DNA of 63,857 bases from Gracilinanus agilis (GCF_016433145.1 NC_058132.1:15567968-15631824); one strand, 5' to 3'. Shown: positions 1 to 12,410, numbered from the stretch's first letter. Notes: generated by a model not told the origin, from the letters alone. Numbers and translations are program-made.

Positions 1-37
1 AGTTATAATCTATAACAGACAATGGATTTTAAGCCAT

Positions 38-1000
38 CTAGGCATTCCCTTTTTTTCTGCCTAAAACCCTGCAGAGAGCAGCTTTAACCTCCTTGTTCCT
101 CAGGCTGTAGATGATGGGGTTGAGCATGGGAGTGACAAGGGTGTAGGACAAGGACACAACTTGCTTGCTCTCAGGAGAGTAGGTGGACTTGGGCTGGAGG
201 TGGATGACACAAGCTGTGCCATAAAAGAGAGTCACAACAAGAAAATGGGAAGCACATGTGGACAGGGCCTTATGGCGCCCAGTGGCGGAAGGCATGCGTG
301 CCACAGCAGCCAGAACGCGGCCATAGGACACAGTGATGAGGGAGAAGGGGACCATTAGAACAAGAACTGTAGCTACCCGGATGTAGGCTTCAAAGACAGA
401 AGTGTCCGCACACACCAGCCTCAGGAGTGGTGCCACATCACAGAGGAAGTGGCGAACCCCTCGGGGCCCACAAAAAGGGAAGCGAAAGAGCCAAATGGTG
501 AAGAGCAGGGAAACGGGAATGCCTGCTACCCAGCATGCCACAGCCAGAAGGAGACAGAGCTGCTGACTCATGAGGACCCCGTAGTGCAGTGGGTGGCAGA
601 TGGCCACATAGCGGTCATAAGCCATCACGGTCAGGAGGAAACACTCTGATGTGACACAGGACAGAATGAGAAAGAGCTGGAGGGCACAGCCTGGCAGGGA
701 GATGCTCCTATCAGCCACCAGGCTTTCTAGCATCCTGGGCACAATGTCCAAGGAGAAGCAGATCTCCACCAGGGCCAAATTCCGGAGGAAAAAATACATA
801 GGTGTGTGGAGGGCAGCGTCAACCATAGACAGGAATACAATGAGACCATTTCCCAGTATTGTGATTAGAAACATCCCCAGAAACAACACAAAGAGAAGTA
901 GCTTCAGCCTGGGAACATGGGAAAAACCCAAGAGGACAAATTCCAGGACAGAACTCTGGTTCCTCCCAATCAGGCTTTCAGTGGGGTCCTTGGAATGCAT
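38..1000 (-). CDS. Class II olfactory receptor, family 10 (OR10A-like), intact
   Basis: OR motifs LHTPMYFFLRNL, MAYDRYVAICHPL, KALSTCASH, PMLNPIIYSLRNKEV and N-terminal sequon NQSS. Segments WLFRFPFCG, LVCADT and SPESK-VSLSYT are typical of OR10A. Start placed at Met 1000, 13 codons before the sequon Asn as in the paralog. The six-frame ORF extension to 1165 crosses a splice acceptor. Confidence 0.95.
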   Translation of the reverse strand: MHSKDPTESLIGRNQSSVLEFVLLGFSHVPRLKLLLFVLFLGMFLITILGNGLIVFLSMVDAALHTPMYFFLRNLALVEICFSLDIVPRMLESLVADRSISLPGCALQLFLILSCVTSECFLLTVMAYDRYVAICHPLHYGVLMSQQLCLLLAVACWVAGIPVSLLFTIWLFRFPFCGPRGVRHFLCDVAPLLRLVCADTSVFEAYIRVATVLVLMVPFSLITVSYGRVLAAVARMPSATGRHKALSTCASHFLVVTLFYGTACVIHLQPKSTYSPESKQVVSLSYTLVTPMLNPIIYSLRNKEVKAALCRVLGRKKGNA

Positions 1001-1077
1001 CTGTGCCCAGAGTCCAGACATGTTTGAGGAGGCACCACCTAGAAGGGAAATGATGAGTTCAAGAGTACAAAAGGAGC

Positions 1078-1105
1078 CTGTAGCAAAAAAAAAAACAAAC
1101 AAAAG
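1078..1105 (-). promoter_or_regulatory. 3' splice acceptor of the OR coding exon
   Basis: Minus strand reads ttttgtttgtttttttttttgctacAG|gctcc (AG at 1079-1078). A second candidate is tttcccttctAG|g at 1040-1039. The paralog has a positionally similar aaccAG|gtcc at 35321-35320. Confidence 0.65.
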
Positions 1106-3667
1106 CCATGCATGTTTATGTACATAAGAAAAGCCAGCAGAAAGAATTGGATGTTTGTCTCTCAATACTGGTCAAAACAGAGAGAGGATTTGAATCCTGC
1201 TTCTGATACCGGCCAAGGGAAAATCCACATAACTTTTTGAGACTCAGTTTCCTTATTTGTAAAATGGGCAATGTGGTAGAATGGATCAAGCTCTAGAGTT
1301 AGCAAATCAGCACTGGGTTCAAATCCCACTTCAGACTCAAGCTGTATGACTTTAGGCAAATCACTTAACCTCCTTGAGCCATAGTAATCTTTTGTAAAAT
1401 TGGTGCAGAGCAAACTAGATGACATCTAGGATCTCTTCCAGCCCTAAATCTATGAGCCAGTGGTTCTCTGACATACACTGCAGGGTTTTGGGGAGAATCA
1501 AATGTTATGGTAAAGTGCTTTGAAAACTTTAGAGGCCTTTACGAATGTCAGGAAATGCTACTATTTTCTAAATATCCTTCCCAGGAATTGATGAATTTCT
1601 GGATATCATGGGACAGCAGAGTTAGATGACACCTCCTGTGCCAATTTAACCCAATTCTTATCTGTAGAAATCTATGGAACCAAGAAATTTGTCATTAAGT
1701 AGGATTTAGAGAATCCTGGAGATATTTCCAAATGATGTCATTATAATAGGTAAGAGCAGATTTTTAGATAGCATTTTCTGATTTCAATGCATTATGTGTG
1801 GTATTTGATTCTCACTAGGTAATGGTGGCATAGTATAGAGCAGGCTGGCCCCAAAACCAAAGGAATCTGGTTTTGACATCTAGTGGATGTATGACTCTGG
1901 GCAAGTCATTTAATCCCTTTGTATTCTAGCCAACTCTTAATGATAATATGTTGTAGAAAAGGTGCCAGCCCGCATTGGGGGAGGAAATTTCCTCACTTGG
2001 GAGTTCCCTGTGCCAAAGAAACCACTGATCCAGTCACTTTCCCTATAAGCTATCAAGGTAGTAGAATAGATGTTATTATCCTTAGTTTACAAATGAGGAC
2101 GTTGAGGTACAAAGGGCTAAGTGATGAACCTTTGGTAGTAAGTGCTAGATAGCCTCCTTTACAAGTCTTAGCCTATACTTTTCTCCTTTCTTCACTCTAT
2201 GTTCCAGCCACACTGAGTACCCTGGGTTTTTCTAGACATTCTCTCTGCTCTTCCATTTCTCTGTTCTTCCATTTCCTGCTATTCCTCGTCACTGGAATAT
2301 CCTACATATCCTTCTCTTCACCAGTTGAATTCTACTAACACTTTTAAGCCCAACTCAAATACCCTCTTGTCTAGGGGGCCTTCCAACATAGCTTCCTATC
2401 TTGGTCAGTGAGACTTGCCTAGTGATTGGTTTTACACCTAAATAATAACTTTCTCTGCATTATTTTCCATCCATGTTTATGTCTTTTCTTGCCACCACCT
2501 ATCCTCCTTCCCCTCCACCAAGCTCCATTAGGACAACAACTCTGTCTATCTAAACTTTATCAGGAAGCTAACATTGGCTTCAAATCCCATCTTAGAGACA
2601 AGCTGTGTTACTAGGTAAATCACTTAAGCTCACTGAGCCAAGAAGCATAGAACATTGGAGATTTGAAGGGATTAAACACACAGTAGGTGCTTAATAAGTG
2701 CTCATTGAATTTTGTTGAATTTAAATCATCTCCTTAGTAGCAAGTTTTGGTGAGTCACCAAAGACAAAATCCTCCCCTTTTTCCTGAATTAGAAAGGTCT
2801 TCTTCTACGTTTCCCTCCACATCCTTCCTCTAAATTCCCCTGTTTTGTTAATGCCACTATTCTTCTAAACAAATGGGTTCACATCTTTGGAGTTGCCGTG
2901 GACTCTCTCACCTCTCCTACTTTGATATTCAATCAATTGCCAAAAATTACCAATCCAACCTCCATTACATCTTCTGTGTCTCTCTTCTTCTTTCTACTTA
3001 TACAAACCTCTCCCTAATTCAGGCTTCCTTCAACTTGACTATTCTAATAGTCTCTTTGACCCTTCTTTTCCAAATCCACCCTTCCCAAAGCTGCCAAAGC
3101 AACATTCTGAAAACACATCCATAACTTTGTCATCTTCCTACTGAAAAAAGTAGGTTCTCTTGCTTCTATGGTAAAATACAAATTCTTCATCTTGGCATTA
3201 AAGTTCACAATATGGTTCCCATCCACTTTTCCAATCTCATTTTACATAATTTGACTTTGACTCCATAAACTCTCTCAGGATCAAACTGGCCTTCTAGTTG
3301 TTCTTTAGAGCAGTCTATCTCCCATCTCCAGACTTTATACAAGTGGTCTCCCATTCTGGAATACACTTCCCCTTCCCCTCCACCTTGAAAATACTAGCAC
3401 CTTTCAAAATACAACTCAAATGCCACCTCATATATGAAACCTTTCCTGATTGTACTCTCTCTCATCAACAACATAACCTCAACCCCAATAGAATATAAGC
3501 TTTTTGAGGAGATTATTATCTCATTGTCACTTTTATAACCCCAACACTTGCACATAGAGGACCTCAAGAAATGTGTATGGAATGGCATGGAGTTGTTGAC
3601 CAGAATTCCCATAGTTCCCTTCTACCCCCTGAGAGGTCTTCATGGCTCCCATACTTTAAAAGCTCTC

Positions 3668-3677
3668 TCTTACCCAT
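3668..3677 (-). other. Candidate end of upstream exon (ATG G|GTAAGA) for the 38..1000 OR
   Basis: Minus strand ataATGG|GTAAGA: ATG 3677-3675, donor GT 3673-3672, phase 1, matching both candidate acceptors. Confidence 0.35.
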
Positions 3678-3997
3678 TATTTATGTATCTCTGACTCTGG
3701 GTTATTTCATACTGTTTCCCTGTGGAGTCTCTCTGGACTCAATGTCATGCTTTGATATTCTGGAGATCTGTGATTTCATCTGTACTGGTCCTTTCTTCAT
3801 TGATATGGATCCCATTTCACTGACATGTCAATCATGTCAGGAATATCTTAGCTAATTTCAAAGAAGTCTCCGTAGAAAGTTGTTCAATGCATGGTTAAAT
3901 GGAAGTGGAGAAGATGGAATGGAGAGGGAAGATAACTCATAAACAGATGAAAAAAAAACATATGGTGGCTCTTGGTCTTGTACAGTACATTTCTGCT

Positions 3998-4024
3998 TCC
4001 CCAGGGATGGTAGAGAAATAATGA
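3998..4024. promoter_or_regulatory. Candidate OR promoter: O/E (Ebf) site plus homeodomain (Lhx2-type) site
   Basis: TCCCCAGGGA at 3998-4007 and TAATGA at 4019-4024 in apparently non-repeat DNA about 3 kb upstream of the minus-strand OR. Confidence 0.4.
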
Positions 4025-5940
4025 ATTTTTGGAAAGAGTGAGCTAAAATCCCAACTCCCAGAATCTAAGGGTTTGAAGGGATGCTCAGAGGTCAACCACA
4101 AAGGCTGACCTCTTTGACAGCTAGGGGGTGCAGGAACTAGAATGGTGGGCATGGAATCAGGAAGAAATATCTGAGTTCAAACCTATGTGACCTGGAAAAA
4201 ATCATTTAGTCTTTTCCTGTCTCAGTTTCCCCAACTCTAAAATGAAATTATTTGCAGTACTCACTTCCCATACAGGGCTGGGCCTGGACTCAGGAAGACC
4301 TAGTTCAAATCCAGCCTCTAGACATTTACTAGCTGTGCAATCTTGAGCAAATCACTTAACTCCTTGCTTTAGTTTTCTTAACTGTAAAATGGGGATAATA
4401 ACAGTACCTACCTCCCAGTATTGTCATAAGGATCAAATGAGATAACAATTGTAAAGCTCTTAGGCACAGTGCCTGGCACATAGTAGGTGCTATATTAATG
4501 TTAGCTATTATTGTTGTTAAATTATATTTGTAAAGCATCTGGCACAGTGCCTGGAATATAGTAGGTATTTAATAAATGCTTATTTCCTCATTTTTTCTGG
4601 CCTTCTTCCTTCTTTCCTACTTGTCTGTCTTACTTCATCCTTAACCTATGTCTCAGTTTCCTCAACTGTAGAATGGGGACCATAATTATACCTGCCTCAT
4701 ATGGTTGATGTGAGGATCAAATGAGGTTAATACTTATAATTCAATTAGCACAGTGCCTAGGCACTTAATAAATGTTTATTTCTTTCCTTTCTCCTTAAAT
4801 ATTGTCAGCAATGTAGAATTCTCTTCCATGAGAAATCCTCTTCCATTGATGAAAATCTCTAATTATTAGGAACCTCTCCCTTACATAAAACCAAAATGTA
4901 CTTCCTTAGCATATGGTCTACATCAGGAAAGTGTGCTAGAAATCATCTTGTCCAGACCCTTCACTGTTAAGGATGAGGAATCACCAGTGGCTCCAGAGCT
5001 AACAGAATTTCAATCTGCAGCTCTTCTCACTAAACCACATTGCTGCCATCCTTAGCTTCCACTCATTAATATTAGTTCTGCTCCAGAAGCTAAAAAGAAT
5101 GAGCCTAATCCATCTTTTATGTGACAGATAACTCAGCCAATTCCAAAAATAGTGATCATGGCCCCCTAAGACAACTCTTATTTAAGCCAAATAGGTGCAA
5201 CTGCTCTTACACACTTAACCACTCACCACTTGTGAGGGATCCAAAGCACAATTAGTAAGACACTTGGTAAATGACATGAGAATAGGTAAAGTCAAACCCC
5301 TGACCTTTATGAGGAGAATAGAAACCATGATCCTAACTTTACCAACACTGAATTCTAACCAGGGATTAATTGGCTGAATGAATAATAATACTATTTCCTC
5401 CTCCAAAACTTGTTTCTCTTCTTCTGGCTTTCTCTAGCTCTGAAAGGTAAACCTTTTGCCTTCTATTGCTAGGAACTAGGACTCCATCTCATTTCTAAAA
5501 GTTGCATTGCCATCATCCCCCTCAACCTCCTTTCCCCCTAAAAAATCATTGCAACATGAGGACACAATGGATAGAATATAGGAGACCTGGAGTAATGAAG
5601 ACCCAAGTTAAGATTGTACCTCAGGTACTTAGCAGCTTCATGCACACCACTTAACTTCTCTTTCACTTGGTTTCCTCATCTATAAAATGAGGGCAATATT
5701 ACATACTTCACAAGACTATTGTAGATCAAGGAAGATAATACATGTAAAGCTCTTAGTAAACCTTAAAATTCTATATAAATGCTAAGTAGTCTTCCTGCCT
5801 CTTCTGTGCCTGCTTTATGTGCTGTCTTCCCCATTAGAGTAGAAGCTCCTTTAGGGCAAGAACTGTCTTACTTATTTATATGTACCCCCAACACTTAGCA
5901 GAGCACAAGTACATTGTAAGCACTTAAAACAGTAAAAGTT

Positions 5941-5990
<50 letters not shown>

Positions 5991-6130
5991 ATCTACCTAT
6001 CTAAGCTATCTGTCTGTCTGTCTACTTATCCATCTATCCATCTATCTATCTGTCTGTCTAGTTATCCATCCATCTATCTATCCATCTGTCCATTTACCTA
6101 TCATGTATTTATCGATTTACTATCTATCTA
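5941..6130. repeat. (TATC)n / (TCCA)n microsatellite
   Basis: Pure tatc run from about 5943 that then degenerates into tgtc/tcca variants. Confidence 0.95.
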
Positions 6131-7723
6131 CCCACATCCATACTAATCCTCTATTCACATATGTACATATATCTTCCTATTCTTCCATCTTCCAATCTTT
6201 CTATCCATCTATCATTCTGAATTTGTCTCTCTATTTAACGATAATAGTATGTGCCATTTCCACTACCTGACCTGTGGGAAAACATAAAAATCACTCCTGT
6301 GGCATATAAAGTTTTACCCAGGCCCTGCTTCACAAGAATAATGTCAGATGAATTTATTCCTATCTGACAAATGAGGAAAATAAGGCTTAGAAAGATGTGG
6401 GCCTGAGGCCTTACTGTTTGTTGGACCTTGGGGAAAGTCACTTAATTTTTCTGAGCCTCATGAGATAGGAAAATGTTGTAGTCAGGGAAGTGCATATTGC
6501 TTTCTGGTGGAGAGACAAGCTGGTCTAGCCTCTTTTCAAAGGACTAATAGTGAGGTAGGGCAGGGCCAGATATCTTCACATGTAGAATGGAAATCAGTCT
6601 CTTATAGCTTCCTCTCTCTCTGAATAATCATTCGCACACACTCCCCATCCTCATTTAGTGCTCAGTATTCCTGCTTTGGTAAGGTAGAAAGTGAGATCTG
6701 GAGTTAAGTGATTTGCCCACACAGCTATGCGAGGTTTGCCCATGACCCTGCAGCAATGTCAGGTCCATGATTTGAACCCAGGTTTCCTGAATCTAGCTCT
6801 AGTGATCTTTTCTATACCATGTTGACTAATCAAAAATTATGGCCACACCAAAGGAGGAAGAATAGACCTACCTTGGGTTTTGCCCACTCACAGTTGTCTG
6901 AGAGCTTAAGAGGGAGGAATTTCAATATCTGGCTATGGCTATTAGAACTGGAATGCCATGAGCACTCCCCACAGGACCCAGCCAATAGGGAAAATGAGCT
7001 CATTAGCCTTATCTGCCTTTGCTTCCCAAGCGAAGATAGTATAGGGAGACAGCTAGCTTGGTTTCAAACATTTTTGTTCATAACCCTAACCTCCTTTTTA
7101 AGTGTGAGATTGTCACACTTTACCATAACAACCACCACCCTCATTCAGGTTCTCATCACCTGTCATTTGGATTATCAATCAATCATTCAATCAACAAACA
7201 TTTATTAAAAGTTTGCTACATGAAAGCTGTTTTGCTATATAGTTATGTACATAAATAAATAGCAAATATGTATGTAACACACAGTAAAGTAAGACTTTTA
7301 GAAAATATGCTGATATATGCATAGACATGGCATTTCAGAGCCCAAATAAAGCTTTGATATCCTTTAGTTCAATTCTTTCACTTGGTATGAAGAAAACAAG
7401 GCTCACTGAGAGGGGATTTGTATACGATCAACCAACCAATCAATCAATCGATCGATCGATCAGCAATCCTTTATCAAGTGCCTACTATGTGTCATGCATT
7501 GGGAAGATATAACTATATAACACATACACATACAGATGAACAGTTATAGGTGTATATATGTGTATACACATACATCAAAATATCTTTCATATAGTAAGCA
7601 CTTAATAAATATTTGTACATTGAGTGACTGATTGATCAATAATCCAAGTGAGAATCGATCAGGGCCCAAACTAAGTGAGCGTGGTTGTTCTGAATTAGAG
7701 TTTGAGCTAATCTTATCTGTAAG

Positions 7724-7735
7724 ATGGATGGATAC

Positions 7736-7767
<32 letters not shown>

Positions 7768-7960
7768 ATGGAGAGATGGATAGAAAGGAAGAGAGATGGA
7801 TAGACAGATAGATAGATAGATAGACAGATGGATAGATGGATAGATAAATAGACAGATAGATTGATAGATGAATAGATGGATAGAGAGAGACATGGATAGA
7901 TGGATATATAGAGAGATGGATAGAGAGAGACAGATGGATGGATAGAGATGGATAGAGATG

Positions 7961-8003
<43 letters not shown>

Positions 8004-8170
8004 GAATAGATGGATAGAGAGAGGCATGGATAGATGGATATATAGAGAGATGGATAGAGAGAGACAGATGGATAGATAGAGATGGATAGAGATGGATAGA
8101 TAGATAGATAGATGGATGGATGGATGGATAGAGAGATGGATAGAGAGAAAGAGAGATGGATAGATGATAG
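7724..8170. repeat. Compound (GA)n/(GATA)n/(GGAT)n microsatellite
   Basis: Visible tandem gata/gatg/gaga units. It explains the low-complexity SIYL ORFs at 7544-8257. Confidence 0.95.
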
Positions 8171-8534
8171 TTTAAAGACAGGGTAGGTAGCAAGGCCTGT
8201 TGGCCTGTAGGAGGCAATGGCAGGGTTAATGGCAAGGACTTTCTTCCTCCTTTGCATGAAAATAAATAAAGCTCATGGCTCCCATCTCATCTAAGCAGCC
8301 TGTGGACCACAGGAGAGGATGAAAGGTGAAAATAGGAGAGCAAAGGTAGTTCCCAGTGATGGCAGCATGAATTCATATAAGAAAATAGCACTTAAACTGA
8401 ATCTTGAAAGAAACTAGGGATCTGAGCTGAAGAGCAGAGGTGGAAGTTTAAAAAAATAAAAACCATGGAGAGATATGACTAGATTATAAAACATTTAAGT
8501 GGTTTGGGACACCCTCAATGACCAAACTCAAAGA

Positions 8535-9075
8535 GTAATCATTAATGGGTCAATGCTAATTTGGAGAGCAGTCTGGAGAGAAATGCCCTGGAGACCCGTG
8601 TTTTGTTCCATGCTGTCTGACATTTTTATCATGGAATTTGACAAAGACTTAGAGGGCAGGGCTATCTGATGGCACAAACTGGAAATGGCACAGTTAGAAC
8701 CCAAATACATTATGATTGCCAATGGGAAGAGTTAAAATCTAGTTAAATGAAATTTAAAGTTTTATAGTATTTAGGTTAAATAACCTACTTTGTTTGTACA
8801 AAAATAAGGAAAGATTGTTACCTGGAAAAGGCCTGGGGGTTTGAACGAAAAGTTCAATTTGAATCAACGGTATGTTTGGGTAGTCAAAATGTCCAGTGCT
8901 ATCCTAGACTGCATCAAAGGAGCCTTGGTATCCTGAACTAGGGAGGTCTGAGTCCCACTGAATTCTGTATGGCTCAGATTATCTAAAGTAATGGGTCCAG
9001 TTCTTCACACCTTATTTTTAGGAAAGACATTAAAAGGTTGGAAGATGTCCAGAGGAGGGCTACCAAGATCATGGA
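8535..9075 (+). mobile_element. CR1/L3 LINE RT and 3' remnant
   Basis: Degenerate match to CR1 RT (VIING..W..V.SG.PQGSVL..LFNIFI.DLD) and to the typical 3' segment ...ttttaggaaagacatt...gtccagaggagggctaccaagat. Confidence 0.7.
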
Positions 9076-10424
9076 ACTATATAATTTAAAGCAGAGAGGG
9101 ATTAAAGAGGCCATCAATCCCATCCACTCATTTTATAGATGAGGAAACTGAGGCCCACAAAGATGATTAATAGTAGCTAGCATTTATGTGGCCTTTTAAA
9201 TTTTTCAAAGAACTTTGCATATGTCATTTAATTCTATTTTCACAACTCTATGAGACTGAGTAGTGGTGGTGGTGGTGGTAGTAGTAGTAATAGTAGTAAT
9301 AGGAGGGGAAGTAGGAACAGCAGTAGTAGTACACAGGTGAAAGCCATTATTTCTATAGCACCTTTAAGGTTTGCAAAGTGCTTTACACATGCTATCACAC
9401 TGAACCCCCCACAAGAATCCTGAAAAGTAGGTGCTATTATTATGCCCATTTTACCTCCGTAAAAAACTGAGAAGGTTTAAGTGACTTGCCCAGGGTCACA
9501 TAGCTAATAAGTGTCTGGGGCAGGATTCAAACTCAGGTCTTCTGTATTTCAAGTCCAACTTTCTATCCACTGTCTAGCCTAGCTACCTCATATTATACCC
9601 TCATTTTACAAAGGACTGAACTGAGGCTGCTGGAGGGTGAATAATTGACTAAGATTGTAATCAAAAAGAATCTAAGTGGAGCAACTGGGTGGCTCAGTGG
9701 ATAAAGAACCAGACCTGAAGTCAAGAGGACCTGGGTTCAAATATGATCTCAGATACTTTCTAGCTTGTGATCCTGGACAAGTTACATAACCCCATTTGCC
9801 TAGCCCTTGCCCTCCTGTTTTAGTTTTTTTTACTAAAACAGATATCAGTGGTTACTTTTTTAAAGTGTGTAGGGAGGGATTTGAACTCATGTCTAGGTGA
9901 TTTAAGCAGTACACTTACAGTCAGTTCAAATCCAGCCTCACTTGCTTACTAGCTTATGTCCCTTAACTTTTGTCTCAGTTTCCTTATTAGTAAAGTGGAT
10001 ATATTAATAGCACCTACTTCCCTGGGTTGTTGTATGGCTCACAGAGGGTAATGTTCATAAAGCACTTAGTGTAGTTCCTGGCACATAATAGGTGCTGTGT
10101 AAATCTTGCCTATTATTAATATTACTATGATAGATGGGGTTTCAACCCAGAGCCTCCCCAGAGTCAATGCCAGTTCCTTTAGCCCTGGAGGTATCTCTGT
10201 TATCCAGTTAAATTTGAATGTGTTTATCAAGAGAGCCCTGGGCATCAGGGCATGAAAACTGTCACTGCATCAACTCACAATCTCTATCTGCTAGGGCACA
10301 GAGAGATCGCTACTGTAGCGGGGGTGGGGGGCGGGGGGGTGGAAATAAGAGCAGCAATGTTCAATAAGGGACCACACCTAAACAAGAAGAGCTACTATTT
10401 ACCACATTTAGGTTCATAGTGCCA

Positions 10425-10980
10425 GATAGATAGATGGAGAGATAATCAGAGAGAAATTGGATGGGGAGAGAGAGACAGACAAACAGATAGATAGACAGAG
10501 AGCTAGAGATGGANNNNNNNNNNNNNNNNNNNNNNNNNNNNNNNNNNNNNNNNNNNNNNNNNNNNNNNNNNNNNNNNNNNNNNNNNNNNNNNNNNNNNNN
10601 NNNNNNNNNNNNNNNNNNNNNNNNNNNNNNNNNNNNNNNNNNNNNNNNNNNNNNNNNNNNNNNNNNNNNNNNNNNNNNNNNNNNNNNNNNNNNNNNNNNN
10701 NNNNNNNNNNNNNNNNNNNNNNNNNNNNNNNNNNNNNNNNNNNNNNNNNNNNNNNNNNNATAGAGATAGATGATAGATCTCAATAGAGATACAGAAAGAG
10801 TTGATTAGAAAAAGATATATAAATACAGAGATTAGAGAGAGATAGAAATAGAGAGATAAGATAGATATACATAGGCAGAGAGATAAAAAGACAGAAATAG
10901 TTTGATAGAGGTAGAGATATAGATAAGTGATAGAAAAATATATACACATAAATACACACACATATATATATACACAGAGA
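10425..10980. repeat. (GATA)/(GA)/(TA) simple repeat spanning an assembly gap (N 10514..10759)
   Basis: gata/gaga units on both sides of 246 N. Confidence 0.9.
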
Positions 10981-11066
10981 TAAAAACATCTATGTGTATA
11001 TGTGTGTACAGATTGCATGTATATACATACACATTACATGCACATATATAAACACACATATGGTAT

Positions 11067-11300
11067 TATTGTTCAGACATTTCCATTGTGTCAGATTCTT
11101 CATGACCCCATTTGGGGGTTTTCTTGGCAGAGAACCTTGAGTGGTTTTCCATTTCCTTCTCCCACTCATTTTGCAGATGAGGCAAACAGGATTAGGTGAC
11201 TTGCCCAGGGTCACACATCTAGTAAGTGTCTGAGGCCAGATTTGAATTCAAGAATTTGAGTCTTCCTGACTGCAGTCCTGGCACTCCATCCACTGGACCA
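11067..11300 (-). mobile_element. MAR1-type marsupial CORE-SINE
   Basis: Diagnostic gaccccatttgggggttttcttggc...ccatttccttctc...cattttgcagatgagg...gtgacttgcccagggtcacac. Confidence 0.8.
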
Positions 11301-12079
11301 CGTAGCTTCTATTGCACATATGTATATTAGCATACAGACATATTTGCTCAGATACTACCTGGCTTTTGGCCTTGGTCAAGTCACAAAGTCCCTTCGGGCC
11401 TCAGGTTCCCCTTTTATTAAGCTGAATAATTCTTGCCCTATCTACCTCACAGGGTTACTTTGAGGATAGTTTTAAAATGCCAGGTGATACAATGGAAAGA
11501 ATGCCAGAGCTGGAGTCAGGAAAGTCCTGAGTTCAAATCAGATCTCAGGTCATTTCTAGCTATGGAACCCTGGGCAAATTTCTTTCTGCCTTAGTTTCCT
11601 CATAGGTAAAACATATATGTGAGCATATATATGTATATATATGCATATATTCTGAGGATTATTTACATATGTATAATGTTATCCTTCAACAACCCCAGGA
11701 GGTAATCCCCATTTTACAGATGAGGAAACTAAGACAGACAGAGGTTAGTAACTAGCCCAGAGTCACACAGCTTATAACTGCCACATTTGAACTCAGGACT
11801 TTCATGACTCCAGCTCTGGCATTCTATCCACCACATTACCTAGCATTACCTACCACTATATTCAAAGCCACTTGGTGAGGTCCATAGTACAAGTATTATT
11901 AATCTTAATAAAAGAGGAAGCTGATGCCCAAAGGGACTAAGTGACTTGTCCAAGGTCACAAAACAAATGAGGGTCTGAGCTAGAGTTCAAACCTAGGTCT
12001 TCTTATTCCCAGATCATGTCTTTTCAGTGACTTTCTGGCTCCTTGAAATAGTGTAATATGATCATTCTGACACTAGATC

Positions 12080-12410
12080 TCGCTGGCCCGAGACCCCAGA
12101 CCATACTTCATTTTCCTGTGCCACCTTGGGGGCCACCAAGGGCACTGGGCCATCTGCCTGCTGTGACCAGCATTCCCCTACCCTGCTCACAGAGCAGTAA
12201 TATCTCTTCACACATCTGTCCGCCAATCCTCCAGGGCTTCGCCTGAGGTCTCTGAGGCTGCAGGCTCGGGTTTAAGCTGCCCTCACCATCCATCGGTTGG
12301 CAGAGGAAGCTATGAAGACTCCGAAGCTGAGTCTGGGGGAAGGAGCCCTGGCCTTGGAATCTTCTGATGACTTGTTTGGGAGACTGGGTACGTGCCTTCG
12401 CCTGTCCATG
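12080..12410. other. GC/CpG-elevated unique island with a CTCF-like motif
   Basis: Clearly GC-richer than its flanks, with several CpGs. The minus strand reads CCCCAAGGTGGCAC at 12131-12118 (12/14 to CCASYAGRKGGCRS). Confidence 0.35.

Noticed and set aside
161-1127. Plus-strand ORFs antisense to OR genes (161..358, 449..649, 651..1127, 34662..35180, 22265..22579) and off-frame ORFs 21985..22368 and 22728..23090
   Set aside because: These are shadow ORFs of GC-rich OR codons. Their similarity between paralogs follows from sense-strand conservation.
1001-1165. 375-aa and 374-aa ORF lengths for the OR10 genes (also 35261..35413)
   Set aside because: The extra N-terminal codons run through a poly-T tract or splice acceptor and start from non-ATG or unsupported codons. 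They are intronic read-through, not a genomic single-exon start.
7440-7465. (GATC)n palindromic run with CpGs
   Set aside because: A mutated (CAAT)n tail of an L2 end, too short to imply function.
7544-8257. Long ORFs rich in SIYL/LSI (also 10361..11214 and 52292..52543)
   Set aside because: Translations of GATA/GA microsatellites or of N gaps.
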